The notes: generated by a model from the letters alone, not told the origin. A stretch of DNA of 64,000 nucleotides from Muribaculaceae bacterium (GCA_009775355.1 VSPN01000005.1:6563-70562), one strand, 5' to 3'; positions 35,845-46,759 are shown, numbered from the stretch's first letter. A program made the numbers and translations.

Positions 35845-36747
35845 ATTGCGAGTTTTTCAGTTTTATTACTTGTTGTAGGCATTAAGGTGTATGCAGTAAT
35901 TGTCTGCGGATTATTCATTTTTAGGATCGGCTTTTCCGGTGCCGGGCAGGCAAAGAATTGACTTCTTGCCAAACACAGTTGTGCGAACGTTATTCTGTAT
36001 TATTAATGTCAGATAATACTGCTTTTTGTCTAAAATTAGCTATTTTTGAAGAAAATCTACTGATTGTTTCAAATTAATAAGGGGTTGGAATAAGCGGATT
36101 TATCATTGTTTGAGTTTGCTTTAAAGGCTCTGAGAATCGCTTGAAATTCTTGATTCCGGCAATTCCTCGAGATTTTCAAATTCTCGTTGAATCTGGTTCT
36201 GGAAAAATCAGATTCTTGAAAATCATTTTGAAAGGTGGGGGAGTGGCGTTTCTTAATGGCTTTGTTGAATTGGTCAAATTGGGATATTCATAGTGGGTGA
36301 AATCTAACATAGATTTTGATTTTACAAATATGAAGTTTCAAATGCAACCTCAATGTTTTAAATTGATATGTTTGCGATTGTAATGGGTGCTGACTTGATC
36401 ACAAACGGGAATAATTTGTGTTTGGTAATCGTGATTTACATAATTGAAATTTACATTTGAAATTATCTTTGAATTGCAAATTTTATGATTTAACATTCTG
36501 TAACATTGATTATATATTGCTTAAAATCAATGTAATAGTGCGATATTTAAAAGTTATTGGAAATAAATCGATGGTAAAATTGGGCTGTTTGGTAATTGTT
36601 GTTGGAATGGCAAGGTATTATCCTGAAACATGTATTTGTAGGACTCATTGCTAAAGCATATTTTAGCTTAGTTTTGGTCGTTTAGGTGTGGTTTTAAGGA
36701 CTGAAAAGCATGGTGTTTGCAAAATACAATGCGTGTGAATTTGTGAA

Positions 36748-36775
36748 GATAATTTTGCAAATTTGCAAAATTATC
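36748..36775. promoter_or_regulatory. 28-bp perfect palindrome (candidate operator) over the -33 region of the HTH gene promoter
   Basis: GATAATTTTGCAAATTTGCAAAATTATC is its own reverse complement. It ends 2 nt before the TACATTTG box. Confidence 0.55.
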
Positions 36776-36777
36776 AT

Positions 36778-36785
36778 TACATTTG
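36778..36785 (+). promoter_or_regulatory. -7 promoter box (TACATTTG) for the HTH gene
   Basis: TAnnTTTG match 31 nt upstream of the ATG at 36816. Confidence 0.45.
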
Positions 36786-36815
36786 CATTCTGATTACAAA
36801 TTTGAAATTTGAGAT

Positions 36816-37457
36816 ATGGATAACGACAATGTTGCGATTCGTCTAAAAGGGTTCATCGACTCTGAGGGTTTGTCGCACTCTCAGTTTGCCGACAAGTGTG
36901 GAATTCCCAAACCGAGCCTGTCGCAGTTGCTTAGCGGAAGAAACAAGAAAGTCAGTGATGTGATCATCGGTCAGATTCATCGTGCTTTCCCAGATTTGTC
37001 GGTTCTTTGGCTTTTGTTTGGTGAGGGTGGTATGCGGACTGTTGCATCACGATTGTCCGAGACTGATTCTGTCAGCGAATCTGAAGATCCCGCTTGTTCC
37101 GCTCGATTTCGGTCTGACCCGCACGGAGATCCAGGAGTAGATGGCTCTCTTTCGGATGCAGATATTGCAGATTGTGGCGGATTTTTAAAAAATGATGTTG
37201 AGAATGGTTTTTCTGGCTTTAAGGATTCGGGAATTGCGGGGGATTGCCAGGATGTTCGGAATTATTCAAACGTCAGAGCCTTAAATCCCCCCTCTAAGGC
37301 ATTGCAAATTGCAGAAAAACAATTGCTTGATGCAGAAAATAAAATCGCCGAATTGCAAATGCAAATAGATAGAATGAGGCAAAATCCGCGGAAAGTAACA
37401 CATATAACCGTGTATTACGACGATTCTACTTTTGAGACGTTCTGTTCGAACTCTTGA
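36816..37457 (+). CDS. XRE-type helix-turn-helix protein with a C-terminal coiled-coil
   Basis: N-terminus is LKGFIDSEGLSHSQFADKCGIPKPSLSQLLSGRNKKVSDVIIGQIHRAFPDLSVLWLLFGEG. A disordered acidic middle is followed by LLDAENKIAELQMQIDRMRQ. Confidence 0.75.
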   Translation: MDNDNVAIRLKGFIDSEGLSHSQFADKCGIPKPSLSQLLSGRNKKVSDVIIGQIHRAFPDLSVLWLLFGEGGMRTVASRLSETDSVSESEDPACSARFRSDPHGDPGVDGSLSDADIADCGGFLKNDVENGFSGFKDSGIAGDCQDVRNYSNVRALNPPSKALQIAEKQLLDAENKIAELQMQIDRMRQNPRKVTHITVYYDDSTFETFCSNS

Positions 37458-37503
37458 TTTGCTCTGTAAAAGTAGTCATATTGGTGCATTGCCTTTTCTG
37501 TGA

Positions 37504-38757
<1,254 letters not shown>

Positions 38758-38779
38758 TTTTCTGCTTCGTTGATTTGCG

Positions 38780-40063
38780 TCAGCTATCGCTGCGCTTCTT
38801 TAGAGTCTCGAGCCTTTCGGCCATTCTTGCCTCCTGCTGATTGTTGCCTGCCTGCCAGAATTCCTTATCGCGGATTTTGTCGGGCAGGTATTGTTGTTCT
38901 ACATAACTGCCTGCATAATTATGTGCATATTTATAACCGCTATGATAGCCCATTTCTTTCATCAGGCTTGTCGGAGCGTTGCGCAGATGAAGGGGAACAG
39001 GGAGGTTTCCCGATTTGCTGACTTCATCAAGTGCGGCATCGATTGCAGTGTAGGCAGTATTGCTTTTCGGCGAGTTTGCAAGATAAATGGCGCACTCGGA
39101 AAGCACGATTCTCCCCTCGGGCCACCCGATCTTGCTGATGGCGTCGAAAGAGGCGTTTGCAAGCAGCAGTGCGTTAGGATTGGCAAGGCCGATATCCTCG
39201 GCCGCGAGTATGACAAGCCTGCGGGCTATGAATTTCGGATCCTCTCCTCCTGCCACCATTCTGGCGAGCCAGTAGACGGCGGCCTGAGGATCGCTCCCTC
39301 TGATTGATTTGATGAACGCAGAGATTATATCATAGTGCATCTCTCCGTTGCGGTCATATGCCGCCGGATTTTCCTGAAGGCTTTCAGTGACACTGTGGTC
39401 GTCGATCACGACGGAATTTCCCACAGGAGTTGCCTGTTCGATGAGATCGAGAATATTCAGCAGTTTGCGAGCATCGCCTCCGGCATATCTGAAGAGGGCG
39501 TTTTTCTCACGCACCTCTATGCGTCTGGAGGCAAGAATCTCATCTTTTTCAAGGGCTCGGGAAAGCAGACGTTCCATGCCGTTGGTGTCAAGTGGTTTCA
39601 GGGTGTAGACCTGCGCTCTCGACAGAAGCGGGCGAATCACTTCGAACGACGGATTTTCAGTTGTCGCTCCGATCAATGTGACGGTTCCTTTCTCCACGGC
39701 TCCGAGGAGTGAATCCTGCTGCGATTTGTTGAATCGGTGGATTTCATCGATGAAGAGGATGGGACGTCCGTTTGAGAACACGCTCCGTGCATCCGCCTCC
39801 GCACGCTCAAGCACCTCGCGTACGTCTTTAACTCCTGAAGTTACTGCCGACAGCGTGTAGAACGGCACTTCTGTGCGTGCGGCCGTGATTCTGGCGAGAG
39901 TTGTTTTGCCGACACCAGGCGGTCCCCAGAGAATAAAGGAATTGACGCGACGGCTCTCGATCATGCGGCGGATGATGCCGTCGGGTCCAACCAGATGTTC
40001 CTGTCCTATATAGTCCTCCAGTGCGGAGGGCCGCAGTCTCTCGGCCAATGGTATGTTGTTCAT
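38780..40063 (-). CDS. rarA: replication-associated recombination protein A (AAA+ ATPase)
   Basis: WGPPGVGKTT (Walker A), LFIDEIHRFNKSQQD (Walker B/sensor) and the MgsA C-terminal domain. Confidence 0.9.
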   Translation of the reverse strand: MNNIPLAERLRPSALEDYIGQEHLVGPDGIIRRMIESRRVNSFILWGPPGVGKTTLARITAARTEVPFYTLSAVTSGVKDVREVLERAEADARSVFSNGRPILFIDEIHRFNKSQQDSLLGAVEKGTVTLIGATTENPSFEVIRPLLSRAQVYTLKPLDTNGMERLLSRALEKDEILASRRIEVREKNALFRYAGGDARKLLNILDLIEQATPVGNSVVIDDHSVTESLQENPAAYDRNGEMHYDIISAFIKSIRGSDPQAAVYWLARMVAGGEDPKFIARRLVILAAEDIGLANPNALLLANASFDAISKIGWPEGRIVLSECAIYLANSPKSNTAYTAIDAALDEVSKSGNLPVPLHLRNAPTSLMKEMGYHSGYKYAHNYAGSYVEQQYLPDKIRDKEFWQAGNNQQEARMAERLETLKKRSDS

Positions 40064-40707
40064 CGCTTTCTGAGAATTTCAATGATGCTGTCTGTGTCGA
40101 CATCGGCAAGCGTGCAGACACAGCGGTGGCAGAAGTCTCCGATCTGCGATTCCGGAAGAGTGGTGGTGAGTCCGATGACATATGCGCCAGAGGCCTGTCC
40201 GGCCTTGACTCCCTGCACGGAGTCTTCAAACACCACACAGCGGTGCGGGTCAGCGTCAAGTAGTCTGGCTCCGAGCAGATAACCCTCCGGGTTCGGTTTC
40301 GACCGGCTGATCCTGTCGGCTGTCACGATGTCGTTGAAATATGATTCAAGCTGCGGAAGTTCTTCTCTGAGGTGACGCATCTTCATGTCGTTGCTGCTTG
40401 TCACCAACACGCATCCTGTGCCGCGCGATCGGAGAGTGTCGAGCATCTCCTGAGCTCCAGGAAGCATTCTGTAGCGCATGCGTTGCTCCATGCTGTTGAG
40501 CATGCCTATGACTTTTGAGTGTGTCTCCGGGCTGAAATTCGCATTGAGAATCTCGGGGAGTGTCTGGCCTTTTATCCTGATGGCGAAATTTTCTATTCCG
40601 GTAGGGAAGTGGCGGTCGATCTCTTCCCATATCTGGGTGTATTCACTCTCGCTGTCTATCAGGACTCCGTCAAGATCGAACAAAAAACCGATATTGTCAT
40701 TATTCAT
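40060..40707 (-). CDS. HAD-superfamily hydrolase (beta-phosphoglucomutase-like subfamily IA)
   Basis: FLFDLDGVLIDSE (DxDx[TV]), VTSS, and K...FEDS. It overlaps rarA by 4 nt. Confidence 0.8.
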   Translation of the reverse strand: MNNDNIGFLFDLDGVLIDSESEYTQIWEEIDRHFPTGIENFAIRIKGQTLPEILNANFSPETHSKVIGMLNSMEQRMRYRMLPGAQEMLDTLRSRGTGCVLVTSSNDMKMRHLREELPQLESYFNDIVTADRISRSKPNPEGYLLGARLLDADPHRCVVFEDSVQGVKAGQASGAYVIGLTTTLPESQIGDFCHRCVCTLADVDTDSIIEILRKR

Positions 40708-40874
40708 ATTGAATGCTGGTTTCTGGATAAAATTATAAAATGAAGTCGTTTCTACGACTTCATTGACCGGATGCCGCAGGCATGTGGCCTCTGTGGAAAC
40801 GCTTTTTACGTTTCACTTATTTCAAAATAGGTCGCTTTGTTGCAACTATAGATAAAAAAAGGTAAATTTGTAGG

Positions 40875-42512
40875 TTGAAACATAACAGCGGCTCTGATGC
40901 CGCACATGATAAAGAAACATTGGTCAGAGATATCACACTCAGGGTTGAACCCCGTCTGGCTGCCTCGCGCGACAAGTTGCTCGAAGTGGTGGCCAAAGAG
41001 GCCGGAATCCCGGTTCGGTCTGTCAATGACATATGTGTTGTCAGACGCTCGGTCGATGCCCGCAAGCGTCCGGTCATGCTCAACCTCACGGTCAGGTTTG
41101 CATCGGGTGATGACAGGATGATCGTGCCTGTATTCCGGCCTGTGGAATACAAAAAGGTTTCTGCCGACGCCCCTCGCCTTATTGTTGTCGGAGCAGGGCC
41201 TGCCGGGCTTTTCGCCTCACTTGAGGCCATACGCTTCGGCATGCGTCCCATTGTAATCGAGCGAGGACGCGATGTCGACGCGCGTCGGCTCGATCTCGCC
41301 GCTATAAGCAGGGAGAAAAAGATCAATCCGCAGTCAAACTATTGTTTTGGCGAAGGCGGTGCGGGAGCGTACAGCGACGGCAAGCTTTTTACAAGAAGCA
41401 AGAAGCGCGGATCTGTCGAGGAAGTGTTGCAGATATTTGTGCAACATGGTGCCTCTCCGGATATTCTCGTCGATGCGCACCCTCACATCGGCAGCGACCG
41501 TCTTCCTCATGTTATCCGCAAGATGCGGCGCACCATTCTTGAATGCGGCGGCGAAGTCTTGTTCGAGACGTGTGTCGACGGTCTTGTGACCGACGGCACG
41601 CGGGTGACCGGCGTAAGATGTGGTGACAGCTCGATACCGGGCGATGCCGTAATTCTGGCCACGGGGCACTCGGCCCATGACACGTTCCGTATGCTCGCCG
41701 ATGCAGGAGTCGTGATGGAGGCCAAGGGCATAGCCGTCGGTGTGCGGCTTGAGCATCCCCAGGAGATTGTCGACCGCATACAGTATCATTCTCCGTCGGG
41801 GCGCGGAAAATATCTTCCGGCTGCCGAATACAGTTTCGTCACTCAGGCCGAAGGACGCGGTGTCTATTCGTTCTGCATGTGTCCCGGAGGGGTGATAGTT
41901 CCGGCCGGAAGTTCGGACGGTGAACTTGTGGTAAACGGAATGTCGGCGTCGGCACGGGCTGGCAGATGGGCGAATTCTGGTATGGTCGTAGAGATTCACC
42001 CTGGCGATTTCCCGGAGTTTTCATGCCATGGCTCCCTTGAGATGCTTGAGCTGCAGGAATCTCTCGAACGGCGCATGTATAAGGCGGCGGGCGGCAGTAT
42101 TGTAGCACCCGCGCAGAGGATGCTCGATTTTGTGGAAGGGCGAGTGTCAGACACACTTCCGCCCACCTCTTATGCCCCAGGCATAATGCCGTGCGACCTC
42201 AACGGCATCCTTCCCCCCTTCATATCGAGGAGACTTCGAGCCGGATTCCGCGACTTCGGCAGGAGAGCCCGAGGGTTTCTGACCAATGACGCCGTCTTGA
42301 TCGGTCTTGAGTCGCGCACCTCCTCGCCTGTGAGAATGCTCCGCGACAGTCTCTCTCTGCAAAGCGTAGGCATGACCGGACTTTTCCCCGCCGGGGAAGG
42401 TGCCGGATATGCAGGCGGTATAGTGTCGGCTGCTATCGATGGAATACGTTGCGCGCGTTCGGCCGCAGGGCTGACAGGCTCTGATAACTTAAATAAAGTA
42501 ATTGAAACATGA
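40875..42512 (+). CDS. FAD-dependent protein (COG2509-like NAD(FAD)-utilising dehydrogenase)
   Basis: VVGAGPAGLFASL dinucleotide-binding motif and C-terminal GEGAGYAGGI. The start is uncertain: there is no in-frame ATG near the 5' end, only TTG at 40875 or 40920. Confidence 0.75.
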   Translation: MKHNSGSDAAHDKETLVRDITLRVEPRLAASRDKLLEVVAKEAGIPVRSVNDICVVRRSVDARKRPVMLNLTVRFASGDDRMIVPVFRPVEYKKVSADAPRLIVVGAGPAGLFASLEAIRFGMRPIVIERGRDVDARRLDLAAISREKKINPQSNYCFGEGGAGAYSDGKLFTRSKKRGSVEEVLQIFVQHGASPDILVDAHPHIGSDRLPHVIRKMRRTILECGGEVLFETCVDGLVTDGTRVTGVRCGDSSIPGDAVILATGHSAHDTFRMLADAGVVMEAKGIAVGVRLEHPQEIVDRIQYHSPSGRGKYLPAAEYSFVTQAEGRGVYSFCMCPGGVIVPAGSSDGELVVNGMSASARAGRWANSGMVVEIHPGDFPEFSCHGSLEMLELQESLERRMYKAAGGSIVAPAQRMLDFVEGRVSDTLPPTSYAPGIMPCDLNGILPPFISRRLRAGFRDFGRRARGFLTNDAVLIGLESRTSSPVRMLRDSLSLQSVGMTGLFPAGEGAGYAGGIVSAAIDGIRCARSAAGLTGSDNLNKVIET

Positions 42513-43204
42513 CAATACTTAATATTGAGACATCCGGAAGGATCTGCTCCGTGGCACTCACACGCGACGGAGCGCTCGAGATGCAGCTCGACGACCGCGA
42601 GGGCATGCAGCATGCCAACCGCCTTGCCCCTTTTGTCGAGCGATGCATGGCGGAACTTCACCGCAAGGAGGAAAAACTCGACGCTGTAGCTGTCAGTATG
42701 GGCCCCGGCAGCTATACCGGTCTCAGGATCGGTCTGTCGCTTGCCAAGGGACTTGCGTTCAGTCTCGGCGTTCCCCTTATCGGAGTCGACACCCTGAAGA
42801 TAATAGCGGTCAAGGCCATGTTCAGATCGATGGACTGGACGGGCGACGAGGTGCTCGTGCCGATGGTAGACGCCAGGCGAATGGAAGTTTTTACCGCTCC
42901 CTATGATTTCGCTCTCAACGCACTTGCCGAACCAGGCCCGATGATTCTTGACAAAGATTCATTCGCCGACCTTCTTGACTCTGGCCGGCAGCTCTGGTTC
43001 ATGGGCGACGGTGCGGAAAAGGCCAAGGAGGTGATAACCCATCCCAATGCCCGGTGGATCGACGGCCTGCTTCCGCAGGCCAAGGATATGCTCGCCCTGT
43101 CGGAAAAAGCCATGCGCGAGGGTGATTTCCTTGACATAGCTTATTCCACACCGAATTATCTCAAGGCATACCATACCACAAAACCAAGAAATCCGTTGGC
43201 GTGA
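42509..43204 (+). CDS. tsaB: tRNA N6-threonylcarbamoyladenosine biosynthesis protein TsaB
   Basis: ILNIETSGRICSVAL and GPGSYTGLRIG motifs. It overlaps the upstream stop by 4 nt. Confidence 0.85.
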   Translation: MTILNIETSGRICSVALTRDGALEMQLDDREGMQHANRLAPFVERCMAELHRKEEKLDAVAVSMGPGSYTGLRIGLSLAKGLAFSLGVPLIGVDTLKIIAVKAMFRSMDWTGDEVLVPMVDARRMEVFTAPYDFALNALAEPGPMILDKDSFADLLDSGRQLWFMGDGAEKAKEVITHPNARWIDGLLPQAKDMLALSEKAMREGDFLDIAYSTPNYLKAYHTTKPRNPLA

Positions 43205-43239
43205 TGCCACGTCTGACCAGCTGATTAAAACAGAAGAAT

Positions 43240-43836
43240 ATGTTACCATACAATACCGACATGGAGCCTGTGCTCCTTCCTGAATACGGACGACACATCC
43301 AGGGACTCGTGGACTATTGTGTCTCTATACCTGACCGCGACGAGCGCACGGCATGCGCTTATGCCATAGCCGACACAATGGCCGGAATTTTTCCAGAGCT
43401 TATCGGAGAGGCAAACGATTACTCAAAAATATGGGATCAGATCAACATCATGTCGCGCTTCGAGCTTGACATAGATTTCCCCTTTGAGGTGATCACTGCC
43501 GAAAAAATGCATCCGAAGCCAGAGAAACTACCCTACACTTCGTCGGCTATGCGATTCCGCCACTATGGCAAGAACATCGAGAAAATGATTTCCACTGTGG
43601 CCTCCATCGAGGAGGGAGAGGAGCGCGACGTGCTGATCTCCATGCTCGCCCACCACATGAAGAAACTGATGCTGCAGCATAATCGAGAGGGAGTCGACGA
43701 CGCGAAGATACTCCGTGACCTCGCTATCTATTCCGACGGAAAGATAGATCTTGATCCGCAGACATATCTGCTTCACGAGTTCCGCGAGATCGCGCAGCCG
43801 CAGCCACGTAACAATAAAAAGAAAAAAAGAAAATGA
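43240..43836 (+). CDS. DUF4290-like protein
   Basis: The 198-aa N-terminus YNTDMEPVLLPEYGRHIQGLVDYC is as recalled for the DUF4290 proteins that precede murA in Bacteroidetes. It has a Lys-rich tail. Confidence 0.6.
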   Translation: MLPYNTDMEPVLLPEYGRHIQGLVDYCVSIPDRDERTACAYAIADTMAGIFPELIGEANDYSKIWDQINIMSRFELDIDFPFEVITAEKMHPKPEKLPYTSSAMRFRHYGKNIEKMISTVASIEEGEERDVLISMLAHHMKKLMLQHNREGVDDAKILRDLAIYSDGKIDLDPQTYLLHEFREIAQPQPRNNKKKKRK

Positions 43837-45149
43837 GCAGCTTTATTGTCGAGGGAGGTCACTCGCTTCATGGCGAGATCTCTATCAAAGGCGCAAAGAA
43901 CGAGGCCCTCGAAGTGATCTGTGCCACTCTTCTTACTTCTGAGAAGGTTATCATCTCGAATCTTCCACAGATTTCCGATGTACGCAATCTGGTGGCATTG
44001 CTGGCTGAGATGGGTGTAAAGGTGAAATATATAACCCCATCAGAGGTCGAGTTTCAGGCTGATGAGGTTGATCTTTCATATATCGTCGGCGATCAGTTCC
44101 GAAAGAAGGCTGAATCTCTCCGAGGCTCGGTCATGGTTATGGGACCTCTTGTCGCGAGGTTCGGCAAGGCAGTTATGCCGCGCCCGGGTGGCGACAAGAT
44201 TGGTCGCCGTCGTCTTGACACTCATTTTGTGGGGCTTCAGAATCTCGGAGCGCGTTTCAGCTATAATTCCGACACGCACACTTATCACATAGATGCTCCG
44301 GAAGCCGGCCTCAGAGGCTGCTACATGCTTCTTGACGAGGCATCGGTGACCGGCACGGCCAATATCATTATGGCCGCAGTGCTCGCCAAGGGTGTGACAA
44401 CCATTTATAACGCGGCATGCGAGCCTTACATCCAGCAGTTGTGCCGTATGCTTGTCCGCATGGGTGCCGAGATTGACGGAATCGGATCCAACCTTTTGCG
44501 CATTACCGGAGTGAACGAACTCGGAGGCACCGCCCACCTGCTTCTGCCAGACATGATTGAAGTCGGCAGTTTCATCGGCATGGCGGCCATGACTGGATCA
44601 AACCTGCTGCTGCGTGATGTCGGCACCGATGAACTGGGAATGTTGCCGGCGGCTTTCGGCCGAATTGGTGTCAATCTGAAGATCGAAGGGAATGATATCC
44701 GTATAGACCAGAAAGAAATTTACAGAATCGACGAGTTTATCGACGGTTCGATCATGACTGTATCTGACGCGCCGTGGCCCGGTCTGTCGCCCGACCTGCT
44801 CAGTATTTTTCTTGTCGTGGCCACACAGGCCGAGGGTTCCGTCATAATTCATCAGAAGATGTTCGAGAGCCGCCTCTTTTTTGTCGACAAACTGCTCGAC
44901 ATGGGGGCTCGTGTGATTCTCTGTGATCCTCATCGTGCGGTTGTCATCGGTGCCGGAAAATTCAACTCTCTCCGTGCCACCGATATGGTGTCGCCCGATA
45001 TCCGGGCCGGTATCGCCATGCTTATTGCTGCGATGGGAGCGAGAGGCACAAGCCGGATACAGAACATAAATCAGATCGACCGGGGATACGAGAATATAGA
45101 CCGGCGTCTCAACAAACTCGGTGCCAAAATCATTAGAATAGAAGATTAA
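43833..45149 (+). CDS. murA: UDP-N-acetylglucosamine 1-carboxyvinyltransferase
   Basis: GAKNEAL; the active-site loop is PRPGGDKIGRRRLDTH (Asp where E. coli has Cys115); 438 aa. Confidence 0.9.
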   Translation: MSSFIVEGGHSLHGEISIKGAKNEALEVICATLLTSEKVIISNLPQISDVRNLVALLAEMGVKVKYITPSEVEFQADEVDLSYIVGDQFRKKAESLRGSVMVMGPLVARFGKAVMPRPGGDKIGRRRLDTHFVGLQNLGARFSYNSDTHTYHIDAPEAGLRGCYMLLDEASVTGTANIIMAAVLAKGVTTIYNAACEPYIQQLCRMLVRMGAEIDGIGSNLLRITGVNELGGTAHLLLPDMIEVGSFIGMAAMTGSNLLLRDVGTDELGMLPAAFGRIGVNLKIEGNDIRIDQKEIYRIDEFIDGSIMTVSDAPWPGLSPDLLSIFLVVATQAEGSVIIHQKMFESRLFFVDKLLDMGARVILCDPHRAVVIGAGKFNSLRATDMVSPDIRAGIAMLIAAMGARGTSRIQNINQIDRGYENIDRRLNKLGAKIIRIED

Positions 45150-45177
45150 TAGACCCCATCCTACAAAAATAGACGTT

Positions 45178-45711
45178 ATGATAAAAAAGGAGGATATAGT
45201 CGCCATAGGAAAGTTCCAGAAGACGCACGCTCTGAAAGGGGAGCTGAACGCGCTTCTCGACATAGACGGAGATTATGCTGCCGACGGTCATCCGCTGATA
45301 ATCGATATCGACGGCATATACGTACCGTTTTATGCCGAGACGGTTAGGCCGAAAGGCGCAGAGTCGTTTCTTGTCAAATTGCGCGACATCGATTCTCAGG
45401 AGAAGGCGCAGGAACTCGTAAACAAAGAGATCTTCGGTCTGCGCTCCGATCTTGTCGAATATTTCGATGATCCCGATATGGAGATCGTGGCCGATTTTGT
45501 CGGCTACAAGGTGGTTGACTCCCGTCTGGGAGAAATAGGAAGCATCGAGGATGTCGATGACTCTACGGCCAATGTGCTGTTTGTTGTCGCTACAGACGAT
45601 GGCGAAACCGTCTATATCCCGGTGGTTGAGGAATTCATAAACGCGGTCGACGACGAGCGCAAGGTGGTCGAGACCACGCTGCCCGAAGGTCTTGTCGATC
45701 TAAACGTATAA
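45178..45711 (+). CDS. rimM: 16S rRNA processing protein RimM
   Basis: IGKFQKTHALKGELN N-terminal barrel and a PRC-barrel C-domain with the ...IPVVEEFI motif. Confidence 0.8.
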   Translation: MIKKEDIVAIGKFQKTHALKGELNALLDIDGDYAADGHPLIIDIDGIYVPFYAETVRPKGAESFLVKLRDIDSQEKAQELVNKEIFGLRSDLVEYFDDPDMEIVADFVGYKVVDSRLGEIGSIEDVDDSTANVLFVVATDDGETVYIPVVEEFINAVDDERKVVETTLPEGLVDLNV

Positions 45712-45715
45712 TACT

Positions 45716-46033
45716 ATGAGTGAACTTGCAAGATTTGACGAGGATGATGCGGTAAAATTCATACGTGCTGCTCTCCCGGACGATGTGAACTCCCGCATTT
45801 CCGATGATGACGTCCTGTATGTCATCGACACGATATGGGACTGGTATGAGAAGAACGGTTATCTCGACATCAACGCCGATATCACCGATGAAGAGGAACT
45901 GAAGACTGACGAGCTCACGGCATATGTCGCCAAGGAACTCAGGCGTGCCGGAGAACTTGACATCACGCGCGACGAGCTTGAAGATATAATCAAAGCGGAA
46001 TTGCAGTATGAAGAATCGATCGAGGAGTTTTAG
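45716..46033 (+). CDS. hypothetical acidic protein
   Basis: 105-aa, strongly acidic ORF packed tightly between rimM and the OmpA-like gene. Confidence 0.5.
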   Translation: MSELARFDEDDAVKFIRAALPDDVNSRISDDDVLYVIDTIWDWYEKNGYLDINADITDEEELKTDELTAYVAKELRRAGELDITRDELEDIIKAELQYEESIEEF

Positions 46034-46751
46034 ACTTGTTCTGCCGGCTCTGCTCTTTTCCATTGCCGCAGTGCCGTCGTCAGCACAGAACCGCATGACA
46101 TTCAAAGTCGGCGAGAGTGCCGCGACCCAGAGCGCGGTAAAATCTGAAAATGCTTCAAAAGAGCATAATGTTGCACAAAGAGAAACACCTGAGGACCTTG
46201 ATGAACTGAATTTCATCGAGATGGTCAATTCAGTTCCGCTCGACAACAAGAGTGCCGAACTGATCCGAAAGTTTCAGGAGAAGGAAGGCCGCAACAGACT
46301 GTTCAGCCGCGAGTATAATTCGAAGAACAACTGTACGGTCGAGACTTTCCGGAACAAGGAGGTGCTTCTTGTCACAATTCCGGCTGCAAGTCTCTTCGCG
46401 CCCAATGCCACCGAACTCAGACCTGATGCCGCCGCACTGCTTGCTCCTCTGAAAAGGTATCTGAAAGATTCCGACATGTATCGTGTGCTTATGGTTATGC
46501 ACACCGACAACACCGGATCGGAGGCATATCGTGATCATCTGACTGAAGAGCGCTCCAAGGCCGTGGCAGACTGGTATGCCGATCAGGGTGCGGACACCAC
46601 ATATCTCTTTCCCTATGCTTTCGGCGATGACATGCCGCTCGTCGAGAACAACTCGATGGGCAACCGCGAGCGCAACCGCCGACTCGAGGTCTATCTCGTT
46701 CCAGGAAAGAAGATGCTTGAGCAGGCCAAGAAGGGTCGCATCGTATTCTGA
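46008..46751 (+). CDS. OmpA-family (peptidoglycan-associating C-domain) protein
   Basis: Signal peptide, then HTDNTGSEAYRDHLTEERSKAVADW...NRRLEVYL. Confidence 0.75.
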   Translation: MKNRSRSFRLVLPALLFSIAAVPSSAQNRMTFKVGESAATQSAVKSENASKEHNVAQRETPEDLDELNFIEMVNSVPLDNKSAELIRKFQEKEGRNRLFSREYNSKNNCTVETFRNKEVLLVTIPAASLFAPNATELRPDAAALLAPLKRYLKDSDMYRVLMVMHTDNTGSEAYRDHLTEERSKAVADWYADQGADTTYLFPYAFGDDMPLVENNSMGNRERNRRLEVYLVPGKKMLEQAKKGRIVF

Positions 46752-46759
46752 CCTGTCAT

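Noticed and set aside
36457-36654. 65-aa ORF inside the AT-rich spacer.
   Set aside because: Its composition (Ile/Leu/Asn/Lys/Tyr) simply mirrors AT-rich DNA, and it has no start context or homology features.
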